Positions 38,872-49,871 of a DNA stretch of 64,000 nucleotides are shown one piece after another. The DNA is taken from the NCBI GenBank assembly GCA_963675665.1, contig OY776510.1:2656001-2720000 (forward strand), written 5' to 3'. Each line of letters begins with the position of its first letter. Position 1 is the first letter of the stretch. The translations under genes were made by a program, and so were the position numbers. The notes under the pieces are model-generated. The model did no database searches. It saw nothing but the letters and a program-made list of their open reading frames with translations, and was not told the origin of the DNA. The DNA is from Spirochaetia bacterium (GTDB lineage: Bacteria > Spirochaetota > Spirochaetia > UBA9216).

Positions 38872-39705
38872 ATGTCCGATATGAAAAACTACGATCCAAA
38901 GCTTTCATACTCAGAACTTGGAAAAACAATTTCCAAGCTCGGTGAGAAAAAGGCAAATTCCAGACCCTGGCAGCTGTTTCTGCTGGGAATCCTTGCAGGA
39001 GTTTATATTAGTATCGGCGGGCATCTTTTTCTCGTTGCACTCAATGAAGGACTGGGAAAGATTGTCGGAGGGGCAGTTTTCGCGGTCGGGTTGATTCTTG
39101 TAGTTATTGCCGGCGCCGAGTTGTTCACCGGAAATGTTCTTATGCTCGTCGGCGCCGTAACGCGGCATTACAGTTTCAGGAAACTTATTCGCAACTGGGT
39201 GTTTGTATATGTCGGGAATTTTGTCGGCGCCGTGGTTTATACCTGGCTGGTGTACCGTGCCGGGCTGTTCGGACAGCCTGTTTCAATCTTCGGCGGTGTT
39301 ACGGATCCCGGCAGCATAGGCACTCTGGCCGCAGGCATTGCCGCTAAAAAGCTTGCTTTACCGTTCGGGCAGGCCCTGATACGAGGCATTTTCTGCAATA
39401 TGCTGGTTATTCTGGCGGTTATAATGTCGGCGATGGCTCGCGATATTGTATCGAAAATGCTCTGTTGTATTGTGCCGGTAATGGCGTTTGTGGCCCTGGG
39501 CTTCGAGCACTGCGTTGCAAATATGTTTCTAATCCCTATAGGGTTATTCACAGAAGGCGCTTCATTTCAGCAGCATCTGTCAATCTGGGGTAATATTCTT
39601 CCGGTCACGCTCGGTAATATAATCGGGGGCGTATTTATCCTGTTTATACATCCCAACAGAATTCGCCAGATAAGGAACCTGCTTCGCAGCCGCCGGGGGA
39701 AATAA
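38872..39705 (+). CDS. Formate/nitrite transporter family protein
   Basis: GAELFTGN, GNFVG, GFEHCVANM, VTLGNIIGG. Confidence 0.92.
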   Translation: MSDMKNYDPKLSYSELGKTISKLGEKKANSRPWQLFLLGILAGVYISIGGHLFLVALNEGLGKIVGGAVFAVGLILVVIAGAELFTGNVLMLVGAVTRHYSFRKLIRNWVFVYVGNFVGAVVYTWLVYRAGLFGQPVSIFGGVTDPGSIGTLAAGIAAKKLALPFGQALIRGIFCNMLVILAVIMSAMARDIVSKMLCCIVPVMAFVALGFEHCVANMFLIPIGLFTEGASFQQHLSIWGNILPVTLGNIIGGVFILFIHPNRIRQIRNLLRSRRGK

Positions 39706-39882
39706 TACGTTTCTGTAAAGCCTGTTTGCAGTTTGCAAGAAAACTTTGATTTGTCCGAAACCCTGATTTTCAGCCGGTTCATACACTTATATACGATTAT
39801 AAACTGAAATGGTTGAGAAATTTGAAAAAAAAATTGTCAGAATTTGATTTTATAAAAGTTTTTTCTATAATTAATTATATAA

Positions 39883-41700
39883 ATGAAAAAAACTCTCGCT
39901 TTAATATTAATAATGTCAGGTATATTTCTTATCTATATGCTGGACAGGGCTGAGGTTGAAAACAACCGCGAGGTATTGCAGAGTGAACTTTCAGGTGAAG
40001 CTGATCTGGTTATGGTTCTTCTTGAAAATGCCGTCAATATTCGTATAAGCAATACCATATGCCTGAAAGCTTTGTATGAACTTCGCCCTGATATCACCGA
40101 GGAAGAATTTGCCGGGTATGCAGCAGGTATTATGGAAGATAACCCTGCCGTCAGAGCTTTGCAGCTGACCGACAGCAACACCCAGGTTATTTACGTATAC
40201 CCGCCCAGAGGCAACGAGATAACGATAACCGAACCAATGGTTCTTCTGTCGGATCCGCAGCGCGCAAAATATACCGAAAAGGCTATCGGACAAAAAACCA
40301 TGACTGTTCAGCCCCCCTTCGAATTAAGGCAGGGAGGGCTTGGTATTGTAGCACGAAACCCGGTTTTTGCAGATGATGTTTTTCTCGGGATGGCGATAGC
40401 CGTAATCGATATAGATGAAATAATTAACGACGTTATCAGCAGGACCGATACAGACAGATTTCATTTGCATCTGACTGATGCTGAAAACAATGAATTTTAC
40501 CATAACTGTCCGAACGAGCGTATGCTTGTAGAAGAGCGAAAAATCAATTTTGCCGATTCTTTCTGGATCTTGAAGCTTCACATTGCCGATTCAGCTGCAA
40601 ACTTGGGATGGATTCAAAGAATTAAAATAGATGCAATGGCGGCTTCGGTACTTTTTCTTCTATTATTTGTAATATATCTGTTCAGAAACAAATCGGTATT
40701 CCTTGAAAATGAAGTTAGTAAACGCAGTTTTGAATTATCTGAAACTGAAAATAGGTTCGAACTCGCAATCGAAAATACAAATGCAGGTTATTTTTCTGTT
40801 GATACTGAAGGCCGGTACAATCAGGTCAACCAGGCATGGCTTGAAATGCATGGATATAAACAAAAGGAAGATATCCTGGGGCAGTCTTTCCTTAAAACGC
40901 AGACTTCCGAAGAGGCAGAAGAGGCTGCGGGTATTGTTGAAAAACTGTTGGCCGGTGAAGTATTTAAAAAAGGTGAGGCTTCACGGTTATGCAGCGACGG
41001 TTCCGTGAAATACCATACCTTTACCGCAGCTCCTGTATACAGAGACGGAAAAATAACAGGGTTTGAAGGTTTTATCTTTGATATAACCGAACGAAAAGCG
41101 GCTGAAGACGAAAAAGATTTCCTGATGAGAGAGCTTAACCACAGGGTCAAGAATAATCTGCTGATGGTTAATTCACTTGTTCACCTTAAGGATACGGCGC
41201 TGGGTGCTTCTGCCGACCTGTCCGATATAATACACCAGATCGATTCAATTCGTTTGATTCATGAAAAACTCTACCTCAGCGGCGATTTCTCGGGAATCCA
41301 TGTTAATGATTACTTCCGGGAGCTTCTGGAAGCAATCTTTTATTCGTTTACTGCTGTCCCTGTTGAGCTTAAATATAATGTTGAGCCGATTGTAATTGAA
41401 ACCAAGACGGCAGTAACGCTTGGTCTTCTGATAAACGAGGTTGCCACAAATGCTGTTAAACATGCCTATGGTAATATGACCGACGGCTGGTTCAGGATTG
41501 AATTTGTTAAAAACAAGACTGCCGATGAGTATATTCTCAGATTGTCCAACAACGGTATTGCTTTTCGTGAAGATATAACTCTTGCTCATTCCGGAACCCT
41601 GGGACTGAGGCTGATTTCAGCTCTTACTGCCCAGATGAAAGGGAACATTATACTGAAAAAGCAGCCGGTAACCCTGTTCGAAATTAGAATCCCGGTTTAA
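39883..41700 (+). CDS. CHASE-PAS sensor histidine kinase (HisKA_2 type)
   Basis: PFELRQGGLG CHASE-like region; PAS ending DITERK; ELNHRVKNNL; NEVATNAVKHA; GTLGLRLI. Confidence 0.88.
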   Translation: MKKTLALILIMSGIFLIYMLDRAEVENNREVLQSELSGEADLVMVLLENAVNIRISNTICLKALYELRPDITEEEFAGYAAGIMEDNPAVRALQLTDSNTQVIYVYPPRGNEITITEPMVLLSDPQRAKYTEKAIGQKTMTVQPPFELRQGGLGIVARNPVFADDVFLGMAIAVIDIDEIINDVISRTDTDRFHLHLTDAENNEFYHNCPNERMLVEERKINFADSFWILKLHIADSAANLGWIQRIKIDAMAASVLFLLLFVIYLFRNKSVFLENEVSKRSFELSETENRFELAIENTNAGYFSVDTEGRYNQVNQAWLEMHGYKQKEDILGQSFLKTQTSEEAEEAAGIVEKLLAGEVFKKGEASRLCSDGSVKYHTFTAAPVYRDGKITGFEGFIFDITERKAAEDEKDFLMRELNHRVKNNLLMVNSLVHLKDTALGASADLSDIIHQIDSIRLIHEKLYLSGDFSGIHVNDYFRELLEAIFYSFTAVPVELKYNVEPIVIETKTAVTLGLLINEVATNAVKHAYGNMTDGWFRIEFVKNKTADEYILRLSNNGIAFREDITLAHSGTLGLRLISALTAQMKGNIILKKQPVTLFEIRIPV

Positions 41701-41717
41701 ATTAGTCCTTTCAGTGA

Positions 41718-42404
41718 TTACTTATCTCTTGCTTTTCTAAGATCCTTTTTAAGCAGGTTAATTGTTTCCTTCATAATTTCGCTGGTCATCGCCTTGAATC
41801 CCTCGGACAGCTGTTCTTCATCAAGGTTATTCAAGCTTGCAATTGTTATTGCATTTCCGATAATATTGTCAACGCCGAAAAACCCCGGCGTAATTTGCCG
41901 ATCAACACTTACATGGCGCTGCCAGATAATTTTATTATCTTCAGGGTGATAAAAACGGGCGGTCATTGCAAAGGTCATTGCTACTTCGCCGCCGTATGAA
42001 TACGCTTCTATCCCATATTCCTTAACATCAATTTCAAGAATGATATCGGCATCGTAGAGATCTTCCGTCATTGTGCCGTCAAGGTACTTTACTATCCGGT
42101 CAAATGTCAGTTCGGCTGCGTATTCCGGAATATACAACCCGTCAAGGGCCCTGAGCATTTTCTCTTCAGCTTCAGCTGCCTCTCCGGCCTTCAGCAGGTT
42201 CGAGCCGAGCTGCACAGCCGCTAAAAGCTTGTCTTCGCCGAAATTCACTGGGGTGTAATCAATATAAACTGAAGGCTCCGGCGGTATCATCATGTCCATT
42301 GCAATTCGCTTTTCATAGATATTATATTCATGAAGGTTGTTTATTGTTGAACAACCGCTTAAAAGAATCAGCAATACCGTTACTGCGGCAATTGTCTTTT
42401 TCAT
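41718..42404 (-). CDS. Hypothetical lipoprotein
   Basis: SD aggaga; lipobox LLSGC; 228 aa. Confidence 0.7.
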   Translation of the reverse strand: MKKTIAAVTVLLILLSGCSTINNLHEYNIYEKRIAMDMMIPPEPSVYIDYTPVNFGEDKLLAAVQLGSNLLKAGEAAEAEEKMLRALDGLYIPEYAAELTFDRIVKYLDGTMTEDLYDADIILEIDVKEYGIEAYSYGGEVAMTFAMTARFYHPEDNKIIWQRHVSVDRQITPGFFGVDNIIGNAITIASLNNLDEEQLSEGFKAMTSEIMKETINLLKKDLRKARDK

Positions 42405-42509
42405 TTATTTCTCCTGAAGCTGCGTATATATGTTATAACACAGTCGGGGCGGTGATTTGTTACTTTTTTATTGCTATTGAGCGTACTCTGTATTATTTTA
42501 TATATAGAT

Positions 42510-43127
42510 ATGAATGAATATAGTTTTCTCGCCGCTTCATATGATCTCCTTTTGAACCCTTTTTTAGCGGGTGTCCGCAAAAGGGTTGTAAATCTGGTAA
42601 AGGAACTGAATCCGGCAGGTATTGTGGATTTATGCTGCGGGACAGGACACCAGCTCAAGCTGCTGAAACAGGCCGGTTATGATAACCTGATTTGCATTGA
42701 TTTATCCGAAGATATGCTTCGAATTGCATCAAAAGGTCGTCACGCCCCTGAATGCCGGCTTAAAGATGCATCGAATACGGAAATACCTGATGAATCTGTT
42801 GAGCTTGTGATTGTTTCGCTGGCTCTTCATGAAAAGCCGCGTGATAAAGTTTTGGAAGTTATCAATGAAGCGCAACGAATCCTTAAACCGAACGGGAACC
42901 TGGTAGTCTGTGATTACACAGCCGACGGTACGCAGCCGTTCTATGCTTCGGGGTTTATCCGTTTTATCGAATTTATGGTAGGCGGCGAGCATTGGCTTAA
43001 TTACAAAGAGTATATGAAGTTCGGAGGTTTGGATAATCTGCGGAAAGATGTTCCGTTTGATCTCAGAACCCGGTATTCCGTCGCCGCAGGAGGAATAGCT
43101 GTTGAGCTTTGGAGCGTTAAAAAGTAG
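42510..43127 (+). CDS. Class I SAM-dependent methyltransferase (UbiE-like)
   Basis: VDLCCGTG, IDLSEDML, SLALHE, RILKPNG. Confidence 0.88.
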   Translation: MNEYSFLAASYDLLLNPFLAGVRKRVVNLVKELNPAGIVDLCCGTGHQLKLLKQAGYDNLICIDLSEDMLRIASKGRHAPECRLKDASNTEIPDESVELVIVSLALHEKPRDKVLEVINEAQRILKPNGNLVVCDYTADGTQPFYASGFIRFIEFMVGGEHWLNYKEYMKFGGLDNLRKDVPFDLRTRYSVAAGGIAVELWSVKK

Positions 43128-43165
43128 GAAAGGCGGCTGCCGGACTCCGCTGTTTCCGGCGCTGT

Positions 43166-45157
43166 TTAATCTATTGCAAGGGCAGCAACATAATCTTTCA
43201 AGGCTTTTTCCGCATTAAGAAGTTCGGTCTGTTTTCCTGAAAGCTGTTCGTTAAGCTGCGAAAGTTCTTTTTCCTGAGAATCCAGCTGTCCGCTGTATTT
43301 AATAAACAGGTCGGATTCTTTATCCAGAACCTTCATGTTTTCCCTGATTCTGCTCTGATCGCGTATAATTCTGTTTATATTGCTGTTGAGACTGTTTATC
43401 TGCGTTCGGATGTTTTCGGATTCACTCTTTAATTCGGCAATACGACGCAACGCATTTTTCATTTCCAAAGATATACGGTCCCATTCAATGTAATAATCAA
43501 GTTCGGTTTTCTGGAAATTATACAGGGTGTACTGGCTGGCTATTGTGTATTCTTCGGTTACCCTGAAAGGTTTGTCCCATTCGGTCAGGCTGAACCGGAA
43601 CTCTCCGGTGTTTTCTTCTGCCGGTTCAGGGCTGTCGATCAATTCCCAGCCTGATTCACGCGGGTGTATTAACAGCAGCTCGTCTTCTTGCCCTGTAATC
43701 CGGTAAACAGTCGTTCTTTCCATTTTATCGGTGCGGTATAATATTCCATCGAGGATTTTCAGGGCGGTAATCCTCCTCGGCGAGGTTTCAGTCTGTTTAT
43801 CTACCTCCAGGGAACCGTGAACCGCATAGGTAATCAGCCGTTTGCTTTCGGGAATCATTTCCGGAAGCATGGCATCGCCCCCGTAGTACCGGCCTTCAAG
43901 AACAGTCGCCGGACCAGCCGACCATTGCGCCCCGGAAAGGTTGGAAAGCATTATTCCCTTGAACACAAGGTTATATGACGGGTCGTAGACACCGAGAGAT
44001 TTGCCTGCATTTTCATACTGGATTATCGGTATCATTGCTGAAGACCTGGCATCAACCGTGACCGGGTGTTTTACATCGTAGCGGTAAAAATTCCCGCTTT
44101 TTACAGCGGCTGCCTGTGAAGTTACCGGCGGCGGGGAATAGGATTCTTCTTCAGCCAAATCAAAGAAGCTTTCGGACATTGCAGCCGACGGGATATCATA
44201 AGCCTGCCGGCTTGAAGGCGCCGGCTCCGGGGCATATGCCTTTTCGTATACAGTAGAGCCTATCGGTTTTTGTGCAGCTGTGCTTACCGATTCTCTGGTT
44301 ACATAACGCGGGGTAGCAAGATCCATGGTAAATGCGTTGGGCATGCCGGCAACAAAACCCAGACTGACGTCCGTCCAGGCTGAGCTTCCGGTGTTCTGGA
44401 CTATTGCCCAGCCTTCAAGCCGGGGGACCCCTGATTCATCAAGTACAATCCGGTAACTTGTTTTCCACAGCGGTACGGAACGGATGTAACTGAGTCTGAT
44501 CCTTCGTTCTCCGTTGCCTGTGAATGATATTTTAAGGGTCCGGACAGATTTCATTCTTGAGGCGGCAATTTTTTCAAGCGCTGTCGACAATTCCTGCTGA
44601 AGAGCAGGGTCGGCAAAGCGGAGAGTTTTCAGCCTTGTAATATCAATGGAGTTTAACCCGAAGCTGTTCATGAGATTTAGAATTACACGCTGTCCATCAT
44701 CGGTTTGCTGTTTTTCAACGCTGAATATCCGGCCTTCAAGTTCATTGTCGTCAGTAGCGGCAATAATCCATTCACCCTGGGTCCGTTGCAAAAAATCGGC
44801 CAGCGGCGGAGACCCGGCAGGGTTGATTCGCAGATCTCCCAGAACAATATTCAGAGGATCAGAACTGTCGAAGTTCACTACCTCGACAGTGCCGCCGTCA
44901 AGATCTTCAATAACCAGGCTTTTCAGAATATCATTGATATCTTTCGGTTCCACCGGAAACATAAGCAGTTCGTTACCAGTGACGGTTGTTTCATGCACCA
45001 TATGTGCGAGTCCGGCCGAGTAGAGGGTGACCCTTGTTACCGGCAGATTCTCCGACGGCAAAGATGAACCGGAAAGCTCTGATATTCCTTCTCCCGAACT
45101 GAATACGGGCAGCGCCAGTAATAAAAATATCGACATATATACTGATATTCTGTTCAT
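43166..45157 (-). CDS. DUF4139-type exported protein with a C-terminal coiled coil
   Basis: Signal peptide; LPVTRVTLYSAG, NDILKSL, PLWKTSYR, GWAIVQNT, RDQSRIRENM. Confidence 0.72.
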   Translation of the reverse strand: MNRISVYMSIFLLLALPVFSSGEGISELSGSSLPSENLPVTRVTLYSAGLAHMVHETTVTGNELLMFPVEPKDINDILKSLVIEDLDGGTVEVVNFDSSDPLNIVLGDLRINPAGSPPLADFLQRTQGEWIIAATDDNELEGRIFSVEKQQTDDGQRVILNLMNSFGLNSIDITRLKTLRFADPALQQELSTALEKIAASRMKSVRTLKISFTGNGERRIRLSYIRSVPLWKTSYRIVLDESGVPRLEGWAIVQNTGSSAWTDVSLGFVAGMPNAFTMDLATPRYVTRESVSTAAQKPIGSTVYEKAYAPEPAPSSRQAYDIPSAAMSESFFDLAEEESYSPPPVTSQAAAVKSGNFYRYDVKHPVTVDARSSAMIPIIQYENAGKSLGVYDPSYNLVFKGIMLSNLSGAQWSAGPATVLEGRYYGGDAMLPEMIPESKRLITYAVHGSLEVDKQTETSPRRITALKILDGILYRTDKMERTTVYRITGQEDELLLIHPRESGWELIDSPEPAEENTGEFRFSLTEWDKPFRVTEEYTIASQYTLYNFQKTELDYYIEWDRISLEMKNALRRIAELKSESENIRTQINSLNSNINRIIRDQSRIRENMKVLDKESDLFIKYSGQLDSQEKELSQLNEQLSGKQTELLNAEKALKDYVAALAID

Positions 45158-45200
45158 AGTTTCAGAATACCACGGCAGCCGGCCGGAATCCAGCATTCTT

Positions 45201-46670
45201 TTACGCTGAGGTTCTGCATTCTTCCAGTTTTTTCCTTGCGATTTTCGGATTGCTTATTACACCCGGGCCGCAGATACAGCCCCCCTCGCAGGACATTACC
45301 TCTATCATATTGTAATTCAGCCTGCCGGCTGATGCAGTCTTAAGCAGGTTGAAATTCTTTTTGGATAAACCGTCGACAGACAAAGGGCGGAATTCTTTGC
45401 GCAGCCCGGCAGATATCCCTGCCGTTACAGCCTCCGACACACCTCCTGAGGCGGCAAATCCCCTTGCCTGAAACAGGCTGTCGGTAATACAGTTGTCGGC
45501 GTTGCAGAAATTTTCTTCTTCGCATTCGTTTACCTCTATACCGAGGGCAATAAAAAAGGCGCCGAGCTCCTCAAAGCTAAGTACATAATCAACCGAGCCG
45601 TCGCGAAGGGCTTCGTTCTTTTTGGCTGTGCAGGGACCGATGAATACTATGGGTGCGTTCGGGAAAACGGCTGCAGCCTCCCGGGCCGTATAGTACATAG
45701 GCGTGCCTGTTCGGGATACATGCTTTTTCATTTCGGGAATATGTTTTTCAGCAGTTTCAATCCAGGCCGGGCAGCATGATGTAGTCATCAGGAAGTTTCC
45801 GCCGATGCTGCGGGCTTCTTCCTCCCGTTCGGAGAATTCGGCAGCCTCCAGTTCAGCAGTTTTTGCAGCCCCGGAAGCAACGTCAAAGACAGCCCTGAAA
45901 CCGGCCTTTTTGACCGCCGCAGCAAGCTGTCCGAGACTGCCTGGAAATTGTCCGATAGCCGACGGAGCAAGCAGGGCGACTGCCGGTTTATCTTTTTTGA
46001 GTATTGATGCAACATCAATTATCTGGCTGCGTTCCATTACTGCCCCGAAGGGGCATGAGCGGCTGCACCTGCCGCAGGAGATGCATTTTTTGTAATCAAT
46101 AAACATGCTTCCGTTTTCATCGCGGCTGATCGCTCCGACGGGACAGTTTTCTTCACAGGGGACAGGGATATGAACAATAGCGTTATACGGACACAGTTCG
46201 AGGCATTTACCGCAATTCCGGCAGAGATCCCGGTTTATAACAGCTTTGCCGTTGATGAAAGTAATTGCATCAAACGGGCAGTTTGTCCGGCAGGGTCGGG
46301 CCAGGCAACCCCGGCACGCATCAGTCACCTTGTAGGAAACGCGCTCGCAGGAGCTGCATGCTGTATCGAGAACCGTCATAACCGGTTTTGAAATTTCGGG
46401 CCGGTTGAGAGCCTCTTCAAGGTATTTTCCGAGGGGTTTGAATTCATCATCCTCCTGCTCAATACTGATTCCGAGGAGCGCCATAATCCTGTAACGGGTC
46501 ATTGCCCTGTCCCGGTAAATGCAGCATCGGTAAGATGCGTTTTTGCGCGGATTCATTTCTATCGGTAATTTGTCTATTGTTTCCTTAAGATTTCCGTAGA
46601 AAAAAGATTTCAAAAGCCTGACCGTCAGCTCCTTTCTAAGGTAATTGCTCTGGTTATTCATTGTCAGCAT
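45201..46670 (-). CDS. hfsD: Monomeric [FeFe]-hydrogenase with 4Fe-4S domains (HfsD-like)
   Basis: H-cluster motifs TTSCCPAW, GPCTAKKNE and EVMSCEGGCICGPG; several CxxCxxCxxxCP motifs. Confidence 0.85.
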   Translation of the reverse strand: MLTMNNQSNYLRKELTVRLLKSFFYGNLKETIDKLPIEMNPRKNASYRCCIYRDRAMTRYRIMALLGISIEQEDDEFKPLGKYLEEALNRPEISKPVMTVLDTACSSCERVSYKVTDACRGCLARPCRTNCPFDAITFINGKAVINRDLCRNCGKCLELCPYNAIVHIPVPCEENCPVGAISRDENGSMFIDYKKCISCGRCSRSCPFGAVMERSQIIDVASILKKDKPAVALLAPSAIGQFPGSLGQLAAAVKKAGFRAVFDVASGAAKTAELEAAEFSEREEEARSIGGNFLMTTSCCPAWIETAEKHIPEMKKHVSRTGTPMYYTAREAAAVFPNAPIVFIGPCTAKKNEALRDGSVDYVLSFEELGAFFIALGIEVNECEEENFCNADNCITDSLFQARGFAASGGVSEAVTAGISAGLRKEFRPLSVDGLSKKNFNLLKTASAGRLNYNMIEVMSCEGGCICGPGVISNPKIARKKLEECRTSA

Positions 46671-46944
46671 AACTCAAGCCCCCTGTTTTGGCTTTTATAA
46701 TTTCAAGCACTTTTTCCAAATCCGCCTGCGAAATGATTTCACCGTCGATTTCAACAAATGGAGGTTTCAGCTTTTTATCTCTGCAGAATCCCAGGCATGT
46801 TGCCCCCGATATCCTTATTGAGTTTCTGTTAATGCCGGGAATATAGTCTTCAAGAGTCAGCAGGTCCGATGCCCCCATGACATAACATGTTGTTCCCGTG
46901 CAAATCCTGATATTTATTAAATCGTTATTGTTCTTGTCTTCCAT
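46654..46944 (-). CDS. Thioredoxin-like [2Fe-2S] ferredoxin (NuoE-like)
   Basis: ICTGTTCYVMG...CLGFC...PPFVEIDG; start follows SD caggaga. Confidence 0.82.
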   Translation of the reverse strand: MEDKNNNDLINIRICTGTTCYVMGASDLLTLEDYIPGINRNSIRISGATCLGFCRDKKLKPPFVEIDGEIISQADLEKVLEIIKAKTGGLSYADNE

Positions 46945-46970
46945 ATCTTTTCTCCTGCAGAATTTCAATT

Positions 46971-48152
46971 CTATATATATTCAAGAAACGTTTTTTTCAG
47001 ATACTTTTCCTCGAGAGTTTTTTTTATTCTGTTGACTATTGTTCTTCTGAGTCCGATTTCAACCGGGATACTCGGATCCTGATGGGCCTCATTTATCTTC
47101 GTCCCAATCATAAAATGCACCTCGTCCGAATCCATGAAAAGAGCAATCAGGCGCTTAACCGCATTGTTCCGCATGCTGTTCCAGCTGTCTTTGACTTCGA
47201 GATACTCCGAAGTCCGGGACAATGTAAGAATACCCTCCGTAACAAGATCCGCCCCTTGCATTCTTGATGTCGGCGGGATCTCTGCCGTGCGTTCCCGGAT
47301 ATCGGTTTCAATTGCAGCTCCGAGTCTGTTCGAGATTATCCGGGCAGTTGTTCCCCCGCAGATAATTTTCCTTCCGTTGAAGTTTTTGTAACCCTCAAAA
47401 AGAAGCTCATCATTTGCAGGGTCAACCGGGGGGCCGGAAAGAACAAGAAGTTTTCTTGGCTTTCTCGGGTATATGACGGCGCAGGTTATATCGTCCTTTG
47501 CTTTCTGGATATCATTTATAAATGCCCTGGCGACTATTTTGCGCGAGAGTTCTCCTGCGGAAATATGTTTTTTATTTTTAACCGCATTGATTATAAAATT
47601 TTCTATTGCCGGCTGGCGCCATCCCAGCGGGAATTCGGATGTCCCTATTCCCGACTGTGATACGCCGTCGCTGAAGAAAACCAGCCTGTCTTCATCCTGA
47701 AGATTGAATATGCTGTGTTTCAGGCATTCCCTGCGCCCGGGAAAGCGGTTTTCGAGGGGTATGGTTTCGAATGAAGGTTTTACAATCGCCCCGTTTCGAA
47801 GCAGGATGAACGGAGGATTATCATATTCTATTATTCCGGTTCGGCCCGATGGGTCGATATCAACCATGGTGAATGTTGAGTAGCTGATTTTTCTTTCGCT
47901 GCATATGGGAAGGGTCTTCATTATTACCCTTGCAGATTCTATAATATCCATTTTGGAACTTGTGAATTTCTGCCCCATGGAGGCGGTAAGATTTGCCAGC
48001 ACATTAGCTTTTACCCCGCTGCCGAGACCGTCGGAAAGGGTGCAGATTACGCGTCCCTCTGTTTTGTCGCGCGAGAGAAGAAACACATCTCCGGCTATTC
48101 TTTCGCCGTGTTTGCAGTTCTGATAGTAATCAACTTCAATAAACCCGTTCAT
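46971..48152 (-). CDS. hfsC: SpoIIE/PP2C-family Ser/Thr phosphatase (HfsC-like)
   Basis: LSDGLGSGVKAN, YSTFT, FSDGV, DDIT, ICGGTT, VTEG. Confidence 0.85.
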   Translation of the reverse strand: MNGFIEVDYYQNCKHGERIAGDVFLLSRDKTEGRVICTLSDGLGSGVKANVLANLTASMGQKFTSSKMDIIESARVIMKTLPICSERKISYSTFTMVDIDPSGRTGIIEYDNPPFILLRNGAIVKPSFETIPLENRFPGRRECLKHSIFNLQDEDRLVFFSDGVSQSGIGTSEFPLGWRQPAIENFIINAVKNKKHISAGELSRKIVARAFINDIQKAKDDITCAVIYPRKPRKLLVLSGPPVDPANDELLFEGYKNFNGRKIICGGTTARIISNRLGAAIETDIRERTAEIPPTSRMQGADLVTEGILTLSRTSEYLEVKDSWNSMRNNAVKRLIALFMDSDEVHFMIGTKINEAHQDPSIPVEIGLRRTIVNRIKKTLEEKYLKKTFLEYI

Positions 48153-49870
48153 CTGTCGGAGCCTGCATCGTTATAGGATTCAATCAGAGAGCTGAGAATA
48201 AGCTGTGTTTCCGCGGCATTTTCGCCCAGCAGCGACGCAATCTGCTGGACACTGTTGAGGCTTTTTTCAATAACCTCTTCCGTTTTTTTTATAATAGTTT
48301 CCTTTCGGACAGCGGGAGAGGTGATGTCCTGAAATACAGCGCCGGCCATTCCTTCGTCGCCTATTCGGAACACAAACGCCCTGTAGATTCTGTCTGAAAA
48401 ACGTATCCGGTCTTCAATCATGTTCAGTGCGGAGACCCTGATTCTGTTGAACAGGCTGCATTCGGGAATAAAACTTTCAAGAGCAAGTCCTTCAACATGT
48501 TCGCGAATCCTGTCGTTCATTTCCTGATCAACATCGGAAAACAAGCTCAGGAATTTTGAATTACACTCAAGAATCCTGTTGTTACGGTCGGTAATGACTG
48601 CTCCGAGCGGCAGGGCTCTCATAAGCGCGTTGCTCTTCTTTTCAGCAAGTTTGCGCATGTTGGTAACGCACATGGAGGGTTCTGCTTTGCCGTCAAGAAG
48701 CGCTGTTGCAAAGTCGCGACAGGTATTATATCCGCATCCTCCGCAGTTAAGCTCATCTTCCTTTCCTGTTTTGTTTAACGATATAAGTACATCAGTAAGC
48801 TGTTCTTCCGAATATAAAGCAACGGTAACCGAATCGGGATAAAAGGATTTTTTTACTCTGCTGCAGCTGACGGATCTGTTCCCGGCAGATAACATCTGTT
48901 TTTGCCGGTAATAATTCAGAATATTGATTCTTTTCACCAAATGCCCTGCAGAAGAAGTCATTCCCTTCCCGGATATGCAGCCGCCCTCGCAGGCAAGATA
49001 TTCCAGAAACATACCATTACCTTCGCCGCTTTGTGTAACATGGAGAATATCATCAAATGAGTTGATAATATTTTTTATTCCGGAACAGCTGACAAGTTCA
49101 GGATCGATTACCGACGTATTGTTTCGTATCGTATTCAGCATGCCGCCTTCAACTGCAAACTCGGAAGCAGTGATTGTATCAGACGGTATAAAATCGACGC
49201 CGTTTTCAGAAATTTCAGAAAGGCTGATCCCTTTCTCATCCAGAAGTTCCCGAAGTTCTTTAAAGGTGACAGCAAGATCAACAGGACTGTCGTCGTCATC
49301 AGCTTCCAGTTTCTTGGCGATACAAGGGCCTATAAAAACAACTTTGATCTCGTTGCCGTATGTCTCTTTGAGATAAGCGGCATGCGCCTGAAGAGGAGAA
49401 ACAAGATCCGTTATAAATTCCGTCAGTTCGGGTTTGTATTTTCTTATGAGTTCGTTCACTGTCGGACAGGCGGAAGATATCAGCATCTTATTTTCAAAAT
49501 TTCTCTCAGCAATTTGTCTGCCGATAATTTCAGCGCCTATTGCTGTTTCAGATACGGCTGAGAATCCCAGCTTGAGCAAGGCTGATATCAATGCCTTCGG
49601 TGAACAATTAAATTCCGCAGGAAAAGAAGGCGCCAGAGATACAAACACCCTTTTGTTAAGTTTTATCAGTTGCTTAAGTCTTGCTGTATCCGAACGAAGC
49701 TTTTTGGCATTAACAGGGCAGACTTCAATGCATTTTCCGCAGAAAATACACAGTTCATGCATAACCACTGCACTTCCGTTATTCACACTAATTGCTTTAA
49801 CAGGACATTGACGAACACATTTATAACAGTCTCTGCAGATGGTTTTTTCAGTATATATGGGAGATTTCAA
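48149..49870 (-). CDS. hfsB: Sensory [FeFe]-hydrogenase with FeS and PAS domains (HydS/HfsB-like)
   Basis: CRDCYKCVRQCPVKAI; ISSACP, GPCIAKK, LACEGGCI; ELNCGGCGYNTC; PAS; QQIASLLGE. Confidence 0.87.
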   Translation of the reverse strand: MKSPIYTEKTICRDCYKCVRQCPVKAISVNNGSAVVMHELCIFCGKCIEVCPVNAKKLRSDTARLKQLIKLNKRVFVSLAPSFPAEFNCSPKALISALLKLGFSAVSETAIGAEIIGRQIAERNFENKMLISSACPTVNELIRKYKPELTEFITDLVSPLQAHAAYLKETYGNEIKVVFIGPCIAKKLEADDDDSPVDLAVTFKELRELLDEKGISLSEISENGVDFIPSDTITASEFAVEGGMLNTIRNNTSVIDPELVSCSGIKNIINSFDDILHVTQSGEGNGMFLEYLACEGGCISGKGMTSSAGHLVKRINILNYYRQKQMLSAGNRSVSCSRVKKSFYPDSVTVALYSEEQLTDVLISLNKTGKEDELNCGGCGYNTCRDFATALLDGKAEPSMCVTNMRKLAEKKSNALMRALPLGAVITDRNNRILECNSKFLSLFSDVDQEMNDRIREHVEGLALESFIPECSLFNRIRVSALNMIEDRIRFSDRIYRAFVFRIGDEGMAGAVFQDITSPAVRKETIIKKTEEVIEKSLNSVQQIASLLGENAAETQLILSSLIESYNDAGSDR

Positions 49871-49871
49871 G

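Noticed and set aside
38872-39705. Formate channel as part of a formate-hydrogen lyase with the hfs cluster
   Set aside because: It is 5.5 kb away, separated by unrelated genes, and there is no formate dehydrogenase in the window.
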